A stretch of DNA of 64,000 nt. It comes from Cenococcum geophilum (taxonomy: Eukaryota). Positions 12,009 through 22,702 of this stretch are shown in pieces (the first letter of the stretch is position 1; each line of letters starts with the position of its first letter). The position numbers and the translations under genes were made by a program. The stretch covers positions 1,302,001 to 1,366,000 of the forward strand of contig CP158635.1 in the NCBI GenBank assembly GCA_050273025.1, given 5' to 3'. Below the pieces are notes generated by a model that searched no databases, had not been told where the DNA came from, and was given only the letters and a program-made list of their open reading frames with translations.

Positions 12009-12273
12009 CAGGGTGTATAGCATCCGGTGTCCCCCTCTCTGTATACGCGCGCAATATACAGCAATTTCGCTTTGTACGCACTAGAGAATTTCAAGTTTAA
12101 CTCTTGTAATTAGGCTTAAAAAATCAAAGGCTTTGCCTTTTTTGCAGGTGCACAGCTCTTTTGGCAGGCGCACAGTATCTACGCTAGATGGTGCACTTGA
12201 CTAACGATTACCGAAATTGCTGTGTGTGTTGCGCGCGCGCACAGAGGGGGGACACCGGATGCCGTACACCCTG
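12009..12273. mobile_element. Tc1/mariner-type MITE (265 bp)
   Basis: ~62-bp TIRs CAGGGTGTA...CAGCAATTTCG and CGAAATTGCTG...TACACCCTG, TA TSD. Confidence 0.9.
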
Positions 12274-12300
12274 TATACCACCCAGGCGCATCTCGTTGTA

Positions 12301-13081
12301 CAGGCAAAACTCCTTAGTACGATACCGGGTATATAACGATATCATTGGTATTACGATCTACACGCCCTGATCAAGCCTTTTTTGGTGTAATTAACGATAA
12401 TCTGACTTTTGACGATATCGTTAGGTGCCTCCACCAAAATCGGTATAACCAGTTTTAATTCGTCGGATTTGGCCTCACCTCACCGCGAGTTCAGCCATTA
12501 GCTTTCATCACACAACGATCAAAATCTATCAAATTGAACCTTAGATCTTACTCTCCATACTTAATTCTACCTTATTGATTACGGGTAGGTCTCGAAATTC
12601 TGAGAGGCCACGCCGTCATGGATTCTCTAACTTCGAACGCCAGAAAATACGCGCCTACCACCAAAAACACCCGGTCTACTACAATTGGAGGTTGCTCGCT
12701 GGGTAAGCGACTTCCTCCGTCGAAAAATTAACCAATCCTTAATATCATACTAAGCGATAAATTTAAGCAGCTTGATCTAGCCAAATTGCCTCGCGGGCAA
12801 GGCCTACGAGAGCGGAAGAGGCCTGGTGGTTATTGTAACTCTGTTAAGGCACGATCGTCGAATTTAAGACCGACGGCTTCAAAACACCAAGCAAGTGGCA
12901 ATCACCTCTTTTTTTGGTAGAGCCAGTCGCCCAATTACGGCTTCGCGCATGTAGATACACAATACATACTATAATTTTGATTTTTGGTGTATCTTACATA
13001 CAAAACCTGAATACAACGATACCATTGGTATTACGATACGCTCGGCTGCAGAAGCCATATCGTACTAAGGAGTTTTGCCTG
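12301..13081 (+). mobile_element. Non-autonomous pogo/Tigger (CENP-B/Abp1-like) deletion derivative (781 bp)
   Basis: 24-bp TIR CAGGCAAAACTCCTTAGTACGATA, TA TSD; frameshifted N-terminal HTH relic at ~12608-12835 (FSNFERQKIRAYHQKHP / QLEVARWVSDFLRRKINQSLIS / ILSDKFKQLD...RERKRP); repeated AACGATA(T/C)CATTGGTATTACGAT near both ends. Confidence 0.8.
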
Positions 13082-13217
13082 TAAGTGCTTACTAGCGCTG
13101 CCGATCGTTTGGAGAACGCCGCCTGTTTTACTAGGCAAAATTGGGTTAATCTCCGACAGATTAGCATGCTTAAAAAAACGCCCAACATCAAAATTAAACG
13201 AAACTTTTCTCACCTAA

Positions 13218-13610
13218 GAGGTCGTTCGGTTGCAAAAGCGTCAGATTAAATCTGAACCGAAAGTCTGGCAGAACGAACGCGTTCCTTCCAGATTTGACAC
13301 GCGTCTGTGGCTCTACGGGTTGCACGGACATGTGCAATCTAAAACCTTCAGATTTAAATAAGGAGCTTCGAGCTCCTGATTTGAACTAACGCCAAGACCT
13401 CAGTTCAGATTCTATATACGGTAAAGTTGCCAAATTTTTAGTGACTTTTAGCGTGTCTTTTGGGCGGTCAGAGAAACATCAAAAATTTGTGGCTAAAAGT
13501 CAAGTTGAACTGGAATTCAACCGAACGGTCGCCTCAGAATCAGATTAGAGCTCCAAATCAACTCCATTCCAAAGCCCTCATTCTGACCTAAACCTGCAAC
13601 CGAACGCCGC
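13218..13610. mobile_element. PIF/Harbinger (Tourist-like) MITE (393 bp)
   Basis: TIRs GAGGTCGTTCGGTTGCA and TGCAACCGAACGCCGC, flanked by TAA on both sides (13215-13217, 13611-13613). Confidence 0.7.
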
Positions 13611-14421
13611 TAAGTCTACTATTTAGCTATACCACCTCCGACTTTAATTACGTCGCCTTATAGATACAATAAGGTGATATAAATCTTTTTTATTAACCTT
13701 GTCCTACTCGCTCACCTAATTACCTGCCCCAACAATTACCTACTCTCTACTATTTTGTATATAACCCCTTAAAGAGGCGTATAAGCCTTCTTTAGTAAGG
13801 AAAGCGCGTTATAATCGCGAATATTATTTAGTAAGATAAATTTAAGAAGAGTATTATTTTAACTCTACTGGGTAGGCACCTAATCATTAATTAATACTTT
13901 AGCCTTATTTTCTTAAGCTCTACAATTACGAGGTAAGGTTGTTCGGATATTTCCATTTGATATCGGCGATCAATCTATATACGGCGAGTGGAAGGCTCAA
14001 TATGCCGAGGTGGTGTATATATGTATAAAGGAAGCTAGATAAAAAGTTATAATATATAACGTTATAACTATAGGTTTCTACCCTTCCTCTAATAACCAGC
14101 TACAATTATATAGGAAAATACTCTATTTTAGTCCTTTATTAAATTACTGCTACCTATCCGCTTATATAAGTTCTTAATATTAATAATAATAAGCTAGTAA
14201 AGGACTAGCTTAAGGTTATAAGGGAGGACGTACTATATACGTTAAATGAGGTGTGTTAAGTGCTATAAGTGGTTAATCGGTTCAACTAGCGGCTATTCGA
14301 TATCAAAGCGTTAATGAGGCGCTAGCGCCCTTGCTGCCGAGTAACCGCACTGACTAGAGGCTTTAACACCAAGCTCTATACGGCATAGAGCCTCCAGATT
14401 GGCTTATGAGGCGTGCATATA

Positions 14422-14564
14422 CAAGGGGGTACCACGAACGGGGCAGACGCCCTCCCTGCTAGTGAGTTTTCAAAATAAGCGAGCCCTTGCAAAATGGTTG
14501 GGCTGTATTATTCTGCTAGCATACTAGCAGGGAGGGCGTCTGCCCCGTTCGTGTTACCCCCTTG
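14422..14564. mobile_element. MITE, CAAGGGGG family copy 3 (143 bp), in the promoter region of the FAD oxidoreductase
   Basis: 42-bp TIR with one mismatch, TA TSD. Confidence 0.9.
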
Positions 14565-14687
14565 TACGAAAAGTCCCTGAAAACTTGCCACACGAAGGGA
14601 TAATTTAGCCTGGGCTTGACGGGGCCTCTCTTTATTCGTATATTCTTGCGAGTGCGATTACGAGAGATTGCTAAATTGCGAAAGCAG

Positions 14688-14694
14688 TATAAAA
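14688..14694 (+). promoter_or_regulatory. TATA box of the FAD oxidoreductase gene
   Basis: TATAAAA starting 79 bp upstream of the ATG at 14767. Confidence 0.6.
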
Positions 14695-14766
14695 GGTTCA
14701 GAGTTCTTCGCAGCAGATCGAATCCGTTAACTCATAACTATTTCCGCACGACACTTGACCACCACT

Positions 14767-16391
14767 ATGCATATTCTTCTTATCTTAGGTTCTGCATCAT
14801 TTGTTATTGCTGCCAAGTCTGCTTCCGGCGCCTTCTATCATACTTCCTCTGCCAAGGCCTGTCAATATTTCAAAACCTTTTATCCCAATTCCACATATTT
14901 TTCAAATGAGACGCTGTACACAGAAGCAAATGACGGTCAGTGATTGTGAAACTTGGAACACTTTTAAATCCCTAACAATTTGGTATCAGCTTATTACACG
15001 TCGAGCGCTTGGCTTGGACCAGCCTGCGTGTTTGCGCCTACTTGTGCCCAGGAAATGTCCCAAGGCGTTAAAGTTTTAACGGATTTCAACACTCATTTTG
15101 CGATTCGAGGGGGAGGGCATATGCCTATCTCCGACGCTGCTAATATTAACTCGACCGGGGTGCTCCTATCAACTTCTGGCCTAACCCAATTAGATCTGTC
15201 TAGTGATCAAACATCTGTTTCTATAGGACCCGGTAACAGGTGGGCCAATGTCTATAAATATCTCGAACCATTTAGTTTGAGTGTTGTAGGAGGCCGAATG
15301 GGAGTCGTAGGAGTTCCCGGCCTTTTGCTTGGAGGCGGTATTTCCTTCTTTGGCAACCAGTATGGTTGGGCTTCTGATAATGTGGTTAAGTTTGAGGCAA
15401 GTATTCACCATCTATTCTCTACCCCCTTCGTGGCGAACGCTAATTCGCGTAGTGCGTCTTGGCGAATGGGGACATTATTGAAGCTACCGGTACGAACGAG
15501 CATTCAGATCTCTTCTGGGCTTTGAAGGGTGGCGGGAACTCTTTGTGCCTGGTGACAAAGTTCGAGCTAAGGACGCTCTCTGTCCCTGCGGTCTATGTGG
15601 GAGAAGCCGATTATGGCGATAGTGTCAGGTCCAAATTTCTTGATGCCGTCTTCACCTTCGCTGTCAATGGCTCAGCCGACGTTAAAGCAGCCATTGTTCC
15701 AATTGTTCGATGGGGATCGTCACAGGGAGGCCCAACATACAACACTTGGTTATTTTACAACGGAAACCAATCATCGCCTATTGCTCTGCAAAACTTCACA
15801 GCACCAAACATGATGCCATCGAGCAACACGTTCTCGTATCGGTCTATGTATGGATGGACTCAAGAAACCGACCCACCCATGTCCCAAATCCATGGGTTCC
15901 GTCAGCGCTTCTATGTCACCTCAATCACTGCATCCTTGGAAGCCATGTCCATCATTCATGATACTTATTTTACCGCAGCGCAAGCCCGGCTATCGAATGT
16001 CACCAACTTCTTCACTGGTGTAGCCTTCATGCCCATATCCGAGAACTACATTGCTGCGGGGAATGACAGGGGTGGGGACCCTATGGGTGTAGATGCATCT
16101 AAGGCTCCTTACATTTGGGTTGAACAATCACTCAGCTGGCCCGATCCCGCCGACGACTCTAAGATCGAAGAGTTCCTTACATCCGTCAACGCTGAGATCA
16201 GCTCCAAGCTCGAAAGCCTAGGGGTGACATCTCCCTTTTTGTATCTCAACGACGCGGATGCAGGCCAGCCTGTGTTTGAGGGTTATCCAAAGCAAAATGT
16301 AGAGCGGCTGAAAAAAATTCGTGCTCGGTATGACCTACACATGATATTTACGGATCTCATGCCAGGCGGTTGGAAAATAGAGCACACGTAA
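14767..16391 (+). CDS. Secreted FAD-linked oxidoreductase (FAD_binding_4/BBE-like), ~504 aa; exons 14767-14935, 14990-15396, 15453-16391
   Basis: Hydrophobic signal peptide MHILLILGSASFVIA; RGGGH flavinylation motif; VGVPGLLLGGGISF, SDLFWALKGGG and YLNDA...YD motifs; intron 1 GT-AG (54 nt, CTAAC branch), intron 2 GC-AG (56 nt); no RIP damage. Confidence 0.93.
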
Positions 16392-17031
16392 AGCCAATCT
16401 TATTAAGCAAAATTACAGGGGTTCATTTAAAAGATGTATGGCTTCCGCAGTTCTACTAGTTAGACAAGAATATCGTAGGCTGTAAAGAAGTGGTAATACG
16501 ATCTACAAATTGCTTGGATTTTATTTGTGCAGTTATCCTTCGGCAAGGGAGATTTGGATATATACTAGAACACTTTTATAGGAACTTGAGAATAACTGGC
16601 TATAGACTATGAATAGACTTTGTAAAATATCTCTAGTGCTGAATTTTTGCTTAATTATAAGCAAAGTATCTATGGTTATATATATATAGATACAAGGAGC
16701 TTATATAACCTCCTTTGTGGAGGGTTAAGGACAATTTCTTAAATTTCTTAACGCGCTTAGACTTTAAACCCCTAAGAAGCCCGCTCCCTGTTAGCGACTT
16801 AGTCAATCGAGACATAAGCACGGCAAAAGGGTCGCGCAAGCCTGTACGATTGGATTGTCTATAAACGAGAATCTAAAGCTAGGGAAAGGAAAGAAGAAGA
16901 AGAGCAGCGCCGTTCGGTATTTTATACTATACTTTGCGAAAGTATTACAAAAATCAAATTAAGCGAGCCCCCCTGCCCGCAGACTGCTCGTTTTACAAAA
17001 TGCTTTTACAACTACCAAAAATAAGTCTTAT

Positions 17032-20000
17032 TGTTAAAATAGGTATAGTTTAATGATTATTTTTATTGAGCATTCATTTCTAAGAGGGTAAGGAAGCGAC
17101 AATTATATAGAAGAGTGTTAGAGGTTCCACCCGACAAGAAGCAATACACGCTAACTGGAACCCACTTTAATAGCCCCCCTTAAGCTGAATATAGGTAACA
17201 ATATAAAGGTTATAAGAGACGTTAATATCTCTCTAAACCTAAAGCATCTCTAAATGCATAGAATGCATCTTTTGGCAGCGCCTTAGTGAAACCATCAGCC
17301 ATTTGTCGACTTGTTTATATATATTTCAGCTTAATATCTCCGTCCATAACCTTCTCCCAAATAAAGTAATGTCGGAGAGTAATATACTTAGTTTAAGCGT
17401 AAAACTTAGGGTCTTTTGTAAGAGTAATAGCACCTTAATTATTGGCGTAAATAATCGTTGCGTAAGGGGATTCGTTAGTTAGAGATAGTTCTTAAAGGAG
17501 TTGTCATAACCAAATAGCTTCTTTTGCTGCAACTATCTATGCTATATACTCTGCTTCGCAGGTTAAAAGTACCACTATAGGTTAGCGCTTTAAGGACTAG
17601 CTAATTATACCGCTTCCAATATTAAACACAAATCCCAACGTTAATCTTTAAGTTTTCAAGTTATCTACCTAGCTAGAGTCTGTGAACCCCCAAAGCGCTT
17701 ATATCTCTCCTTAGAGGATAAGTTAGAGGTTAAGTATACCGCGTAAGTAGGAAAGTATTCGAAGAATAGCTTATATATAAGACTTATTAGGATTAGAAGT
17801 AAAGTGACTAACAAGAGAGACGGCAAAGGCGATATTAGGTTAAGTACCGAGTATAGCGTACATTAGGGTGCCAACTAGCGATTAGTATTAAGTCTTAAAC
17901 GCAGAGTCAGCTTAATAATCTACCGCCGCCGGTTAAAGACGAGAGGTTCCTATTAGTATAAGGTAAGGGGAATAGTTCCAAAGACTAGCGCTATAAATAG
18001 CCTCTTTAAGGTAAGAGAATTGGCTGAGCCGTAGTTTACGGAGTTATTAATCTTAAGTTACTTTTATACTAAGGTAATAAGCAATAAGGCCTAGATCGGT
18101 CATGCTAAAGCGTCCACTAAGTTAAGCTTTAACAATCTTAATATTAATAATATCTGGTCCAATAAGTAGGAGGTTATTAACGTAGACTGCGATATATATG
18201 GAACCTTTAGCGAAGACTAAAGAGTTAGAGTTAAGGGGTTTAAAACTAGCATCTATAAGGAACTTTAAGAGCGTTTAATGCTAAACTTAAGGCGACTGTT
18301 TAAGACCGTAAAGTGCTTTATTTAGATAATAAACCCGTCTAGTTCCATTATTAAAACCTTTAGGTTAATTAACGTAGATCTCCTCCTTAACGCTTCCGTA
18401 AAGGAAAGCGGTCTTAATATCTATTTGTTCAATCTTAAGGTCTTATATAGCTGCGATAGCAAAGAGCGCTTTATAGCTTATAGGTTTTATAATAGACGCG
18501 AAGGTCTTATTAAAGTTAACCCTAGCTTATTATTTATAACCCTTTACCACCCACCTTACCTTATATCGTATAATCCTTCCTTTACTATCCCGCTTGTGCT
18601 TAAAAACCTATTAGGCGTTAAGAACTTTATAATTAAGAGGTCGGTTAATAAGTATCTAGGTATTATTTACTTTATAAGAGCTAATTTTGTCTTTACTAGC
18701 GGAGTACTATTTATTATTATTAACGTTAAGGGTAGATTGTTTCTATAACCTTAGCTTATAAGGTTTAGCTATAGGGGAGTTGCTAAGCATAGCGTAGAGG
18801 TGTTTAAAGGAAGGGGTCGAGAAGTAGGCAAGCGCTGAGAATGCTGTAATAGGCGGGTTTTCTCTAATGTCGACAGAATTGCGATACTTAAGAGGTAGTT
18901 AAGGCCCATTAGTAGCTGCTAGACGTTTTAACTTCTATAGGGGTGTCTTATTAGTAGCAAGACGCTTTAATTTTTAAGCTTTCTTAAGGAGCTGTTTCTC
19001 TTCTTAATACTATTTACGTCGGGTAGCGTAATTAGGTGGAGCTTCTTCTCCCTTAAACTAAGTGTTAATATCTAGAGTATTAGAGTCGTATTCAATATAT
19101 TATTCTTAAATTTAACGCTTATTGCTACCGGGAACTATTAAAATAGTCTCTTAGAAGTAGACAGCTAAGGCACGTATAAGCCGTCCTGTCTCTTTATCTT
19201 AAATTTAAATGATATATTTACCCTTAAAGCTAATAAAGTTCCCTAATCTTGCCTTCTTATCTATATAAGAGCTGAACTTCTTCTAACTATTGGCCCTATA
19301 CTAGACATTACACCTAAAGGTACGAATCTAGGAGTAATTAAAGACTTCGCCTTACTCTATTTTATAGGGGGTCTATATTTTCAACGATTTAATAGGGAGA
19401 ATATTTCGTATAAAGTTAGCGTGCTTAACTACTTCTGGCTAGAAGTTCTTAAGAAGTAAGCAATTATTTATAAAGGTAAAGGCTCGGTTATATATTATGC
19501 GATTAAGTCATTCTAAGGCTTTATTTTGTTGTTAACTCTCTAGGGTTAAGTATAAGAACTAAATTCCCTCATTCGCAAGTTCTAGCTAAAAAGCATATCC
19601 AAGATATTCTCCTCCGCCATTACTATATAGCCGTAAGATAAGACTTCCTTATCGTTTAACCTTCGCTTAATATTGTTAAAAATAGAACGGGACTTCAGCC
19701 TTGTACTTTATTAGGTAGACTTTACTTATTTTATTAACTCTATCTTAAAAAGTAACGAAATATCTCAATCTATTATAGCTAGCTACTTTTATAGGTCCTT
19801 TAATATCAGAGAATATAACTTTATAAGGCTTAATATCGTGGTTAATAAGAGAATCCCGATATATAACATTGTGCATTTTGCCACATAGGTAGGCTTCGCA
19901 GGTGCAGTTATAAAGGTTTAGTAAGTAAGTAAGGTCTATCCCTTTTAACATTCTTTAGAGCTTTTATAAGTTCTAGGGGCTAATATAACCGAGCCTTTTG

Positions 20001-22702
20001 TACTATAACCTCTCAGCTAGGTTTTATAAGCTGCTGTATAATATATGGCTGGTTTAATAGCCAACTGCAAAGGCTATAAGCCCTTCTTAATAGTCGGCCT
20101 AAGTATAGAGAAAAAAGAGGCCGGATTTGCAAAACGCGTAAGCTATAAGCTCTAAGTTATAGAGAAAATCGCATCTAAGGTTAGATAAATAAAGATAAAC
20201 TCGATTATTAATAAGCTGTAAACTAGATACTAGGTTAGCTTATAAATTAGGGATATAAAGAATATTAGTGAGAATAAGCTCTCTCTCGACTCCTAGAACT
20301 ATAAGTCTTAGGTATATATCTCCCTTTCCTATTAACTAGAGACACGTTTCTCCAATTCCGGAGATAATAATCTTCTTATTAACTTAAAGATCTTAATAGG
20401 TAATAAATAGCTCTCTTAACTGAAATATGTGCTAAGTATACCTAGTATTAATAATAATTGCAGAGGAGAGGTTGATATTTAGTTTGGCCATAAAATAAAG
20501 TTATCTAGTAAGCTTAGAGGCGTAGGAGTAAGGAGGAATGCGAATAATATAGGGAACCCGCCACCGATAGGCAATAAGGTATAGTTGGCGAAGTAGGTTG
20601 CGTATAAAGTAGCGTAAGTTCTTCTATAGGTTATATACGTAGGCTAATAGTTTCCATACTAATAGTAAAGGTTAAAGGGCGATTTATATAAGCAGTAAAA
20701 GACTATAAAAGAAGAATAGTATACCGGCTATAAAGAGTCTGAAGGAAACAAATAAAAGATAATATAAGAGTGGATGGATCTATAGTAAAAAACGTTTAAT
20801 ATAATCGGAAATACGGGAGTTTTGGCCATAATTATTAAGGTGCAATTATGGCCTAGTCAGCTTACTATGGAGTTAAAGCTTTTATAGCCACCTTATTCGT
20901 TACTAAACTATAGTTAATTAAATAGCCATTCCTATATATTGCCTCAACTTAGTAAGAGGCTTGCTATTTATTATTGTCGCTAATAGTGCTATAGGTAATA
21001 ATGCAGATCCTAATAAGGAGTTACTCTAATAGGCTTTTTATTGTTTTCTAAAGTCCCTTTTATAAGTAGAGCGCGTATCCATCTTTATGGCTTTCTTAGG
21101 GTTTTCCTTTCGCCAGATCTCCTTTAAGTAGGGTTAAAGGATCTAGTATCTATCTTCCTAGTAGCCAGCGCGTTTGCATAGCCTGCAATACGGTCTATTA
21201 TATTATTGTTAGCCTTACTAATCGTAGTACTGCTAGCGGTAAGAGGCTTAATTTATATATGCTTAAAAAGCTACTAGTTAACTTCGGAGCATAAGTTACT
21301 CTTATATATAGGTAAGGCCCTAAACTTTTAAGAGAGTAAGGGTCTTATTAGTAAGGGAGTATATAAGGTAAAACGATTCTTACTAGCTATTAAAAGCAGG
21401 ACTAAGATTATTAATAAACTTAGAGAGTAGGTCTATTCGGTCTATAGTATAGTTTTAGGTCTTAAGGTCCAAGTATATCTCCTTAAATTTAATAACGTAT
21501 TCTTTAACGTTCTTACAGTTTACGAGAGTAAGGTTTCGCTATTTAGCGCATATTTTAGCGTATATCGCGTCTCCTTTTGGCTTAAATTCCACGTATAAGA
21601 TTTCTATTACATCCTTAATTTCAATATAGTCTTTAATAAGGTTTTATCCGCGAGTGCCACAGGTTATAAAGATGCAGTTTACTCCCTTAAGTTGCTTTCT
21701 TTTTTAAGCTTTAAGATCCGCCTAATAAGTTTTAATAAGTTTATTATAAGCGTCTCTCTTAACCTAAGGTTGGTTTATAGCTAGTCTAGCTTCTAGGTTA
21801 ACTAGAGTATCCAAATTAAAGTTATTCTTAATTAGCCACTACCTAGTACCTTTCTTCCACTTCTTATGGTTTGTGGGGCTTTTAAGTGTCTAAATATTAG
21901 AGAGATTAATATTAGACTTAGAGTATTTAATCGCTATAATAACTTGTAAGAGAGAAGTAAGTATTTTAGTAAAAAGGTGGGAAATAATGTTCTTTGGCTT
22001 ATATACTATCACCTTTTTAGTATTTAGTATAGTGCTAAGGATTTAACGACTAATAATAATGATGATAATAATGATAATGGCACTAGGAATAGTAATAGTA
22101 ATAGGCAACTAAGACATTAATAGAAAACCTAATTTAAGGTTAATAGATAGTAACAGGCAACTAAGATATAGTAAGAAAAGCCGATTTTAATTAATAGGAT
22201 ATCTAAAATTTCTAGAGTGCGTATGTCTAAGTTAGAGTGTGCATATCTAAATGTCTAAAATATCTAGAGTGCGTATATCTAAGGTGTTTAGAGTATATAT
22301 ATCCGAAATATCTAGAGTGTAAAGTATCTGGAGTGCATATGTCTAAAATATCTAGAGTGCGTATGTCCGAAGTGTCTAGAGTATAAAGTATCTAGAGTAC
22401 GTATATCTAAAAAGTCTAGAGTGCGTATATCCGAAGTGTCTAGAGTATAAAGTATCTGGAGTGCGTATATCTAAAATATCTAGAGTGCGTATATCTAAGG
22501 TGTATCTTAAGACGTAGTATATAGGTCGCTGCGCGATAAAAGCGTCTCCGGGCTTATAACCTGTTAAAATAGGTATAGTTTAATAATTATTTTTATTGAG
22601 CATTTATTTCTAAGAGGGTGGGGAAGCGACAATTATATAGAAGAGTGTTAGAGGTTCCACCCGATAAGAAGCAATACACGCTAACTGGAACCCACTTCAA
22701 CA
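17032..22702 (-). mobile_element. Copia/Ty1 LTR retrotransposon, full length, RIPed
   Basis: 141-bp LTRs at 17032-17172 and 22562-22702; TSD CTTAT; PBS GGTTATAAGCCC (RIPed GGTTATGAGCCC, tRNA-iMet half type); PPT at 17173-17182; ALYGLKQSP at ~18300, AVYVNN (=YVDD) at ~18180, ADGFTKAL at ~17290. Confidence 0.95.
22198..22505. repeat. Tandem repeat array in the Copia 5' leader
   Basis: Multiple units of TCTAGAGTGCGTAT(G/A)TC(C/T)(G/A)AA(G/A)T interspersed with TCTAGAGTATAAAGTA. Confidence 0.85.

Noticed and set aside
22198..22505. CRISPR-like array
   Set aside because: Eukaryotic context; tandem units without unique spacers, inside a Copia leader. The same applies to the LTR repeats at 45403-45497.
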